Shown here: positions 18,615 through 20,000 of the stretch, piece by piece
Layout of the letters: each line of letters opens with the position of its first letter
How positions within the stretch are numbered: position 1 is the first letter of the stretch
Source: Chiloscyllium plagiosum
Taxonomy: Eukaryota
DNA: 20,000 bases
Direction: 5' to 3'
NCBI RefSeq assembly: GCF_004010195.1
Contig: NC_057719.1
Span: 87,529,239-87,549,238 of the forward strand
Made by a program: the position numbers and the translations under genes
Notes under the pieces: generated by a model
What the model was told of the DNA's origin: nothing
Database searches by the model: none
The model's input: only the letters and a program-made list of their open reading frames with translations

Positions 18615-19290
18615 TTTACCACCCAGCTGGAGGCCACTCTACCCATGGGTCTGTACCAAATGATAATTGAACCACCGTGCTCTTCCCACTTCCCAACTCT
18701 AAGTCCATATCCCTGAAGGGTATGAGAATTCAGGGGCAGATCCTGATGTCTTTTCAATGGGTTGAGTGTTTCTGGCTTGACTGTCCCTTTCAGGCACTCT
18801 CTTTGGGATGATGAGGGGGCAGGTTGCTTAATACATATCTCCTCTGACCCTTTTACCACTCACTGTAACATCTATGCCTCTACTCATTGCTAAGGTGACT
18901 AGATCCTTCTCACCTAACATACTGATGTCGCCCACAGCCTTGTACATCTTAATTAAATCTCGCCTTGCTGAAAGAGGACAATGAGAACAACCCTGGCCTA
19001 TATCCAATCTTTTCTCATAGCTACAATTTTTCAGGCTTGGCAACATCCTTGGAAATCTCTTCTGTCCCCTCTCAAGTCCAATTACATCCTTCTTGTCATG
19101 AGATGACCAGAAATGCACACAGTGCTTAAGTTGTGCCTAAATAGTGTCTTATCTCGTTCAAATGGAAACAGTTCCAGTTTCTCAAGTTTCTCCTGATAAC
19201 TGAAGCCTTTCACACTCGTTATCCTCGGAGGGAATATTTTCCGATCTTTATCCATGGTCTTGGAACCTTTCGAAAACTGAACACAATGTT
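18615..19290 (-). mobile_element. Two adjacent old CR1 3' fragments
   Basis: Two successive remnants of the same ORF2 segment: HFWSSHDKKDVIGLERGQKRFPRMLPSLKNCSYEKRL (18828-19118) and EHCVQFS...FPPRITSVKGFSYQEKLEKLELF (19082-19294). Confidence 0.72.
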
Positions 19291-19399
19291 CCAACTGTGA
19301 GGGAAGTGAAATGAAATTCTATGCGAAAGTAGCTCAAAATTATACAAAAAATAGTAAATTTACAAAAGACTATGGTCGCCACATATTTAGGTAAGAGAA

Positions 19400-19730
19400 A
19401 GTGCTTGCATTTATGTAGCACCTTTCTGACCTCAGGACGTTCCAAAGTGTTTCACTGCCAATGAACTACTTTTATTGTTATTAAATAGGAAATTGGCAGT
19501 TAATTGTTACACAGCACAATTCCCTCTACATTAACGAGAGAAAGGACACTAAACTGTCTATTTTAATGATATATATTGGCCGAGGCACCAGGATAACTCC
19601 TCTGTTTTTCCTTTCTGAGAGATTATTGATGCCAAACTGACAGGAAAGACAGGGCTTCTTTAACATTTCATCCAAGCCACTTCTGGTGACCCAGCAAAAA
19701 GCAAACCCCTGGATACACAGACACTGCACA
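19400..19730 (-). mobile_element. DeuSINE (SacSINE1/AmnSINE1-like), decayed
   Basis: cttgcatttatgtagcacctttctgacctcaggacgttccaaagtgtttcactgccaatgaactacttt...tattggccgaggcaccaggataactcctctg...tttaacatttcatccaa matches the recalled reverse complement of the Deu domain and tail. Confidence 0.72.
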
Positions 19731-19755
19731 AAGATAGTGGATGCTTTCTAAATCA

Positions 19756-19816
19756 GGAGAGGCGGCGGTAATGTGACTAAATTAAAAATCCAGAACCCCA
19801 GGCTAATGTTCGGAGG
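19756..19816 (+). mobile_element. tRNA-like head of the second SINE family, cut by the Penelope insertion
   Basis: ggtaatgtgactaaattaaaaatccagaaccccagg is the reverse complement of about 18168-18203 (cctggggttctggattattaatctagtcacgttact). Confidence 0.6.
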
Positions 19817-19817
19817 T

Positions 19818-20000
19818 AAAAACAATGACTGCAGATGCTGGAAACCAGATTCTGGAGTAGAGTGGTGCTGGAAGAGCACAGCAGTTCAGGCAGCATCCGA
19901 GGACAGGCAAAATCAACGTTTCGGGCAAAAGCCCTTCATCAGGAATAAAGGCAGAGAGCCTGAAGCGTGGAGAGATAAGCTAGAGGAGGGTGGGGGTGGG
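19818..20000 (-). mobile_element. Penelope-like element terminus, continuing beyond the window
   Basis: tagagtggtgctggaagagcacagcagttcaggcagcatccgagga...aaaagcccttcatcaggaat is homologous to 8512-8600 and retains more CpGs, so it is probably younger. Confidence 0.85.
19913..19946 (-). ncRNA. Minimal type I hammerhead-ribozyme-like motif with intact core
   Basis: Minus strand AUUC-CUGAUGA-A-GGGC-UUUU-GCCC-GAAA-CGUU-GA: both conserved core boxes, a perfect 4-bp stem II, a palindromic AACGUU in place of stem III, and a GUU triplet. Confidence 0.7.

Overview
Eukaryotic genomic DNA, almost certainly from a shark (elasmobranch-type HE1/V-SINEs, a DeuSINE, CR1/HER1-like LINEs, Penelope-like elements). 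The window lies inside a minus-strand spectrin beta chain gene most similar to SPTBN5 (beta-V / beta-heavy spectrin). Six internal coding exons have GT-AG boundaries and matching phases (17489-16858, 16362-16224, 8342-8110, 7806-7653, 6789-6589, 5939-5724), and there is a probable seventh (487-397). The introns are mostly nested, decayed retroelements and minisatellites, which explain most of the ORF track. The most interesting signal is four minimal hammerhead-ribozyme-like motifs carried by Penelope-like elements. One (19915-19942) has an intact core and is sense to the spectrin pre-mRNA; another (12709-12743) sits in an isolated ~60-bp insert inside a CR1 LINE. Other points are a cryptic solo LTR, minisatellite-encoded donor-site mimics and a candidate non-repeat insert exon. 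I found no evidence for a new multi-gene system. Family and gene names come from recalled consensus sequences, not from database searches.
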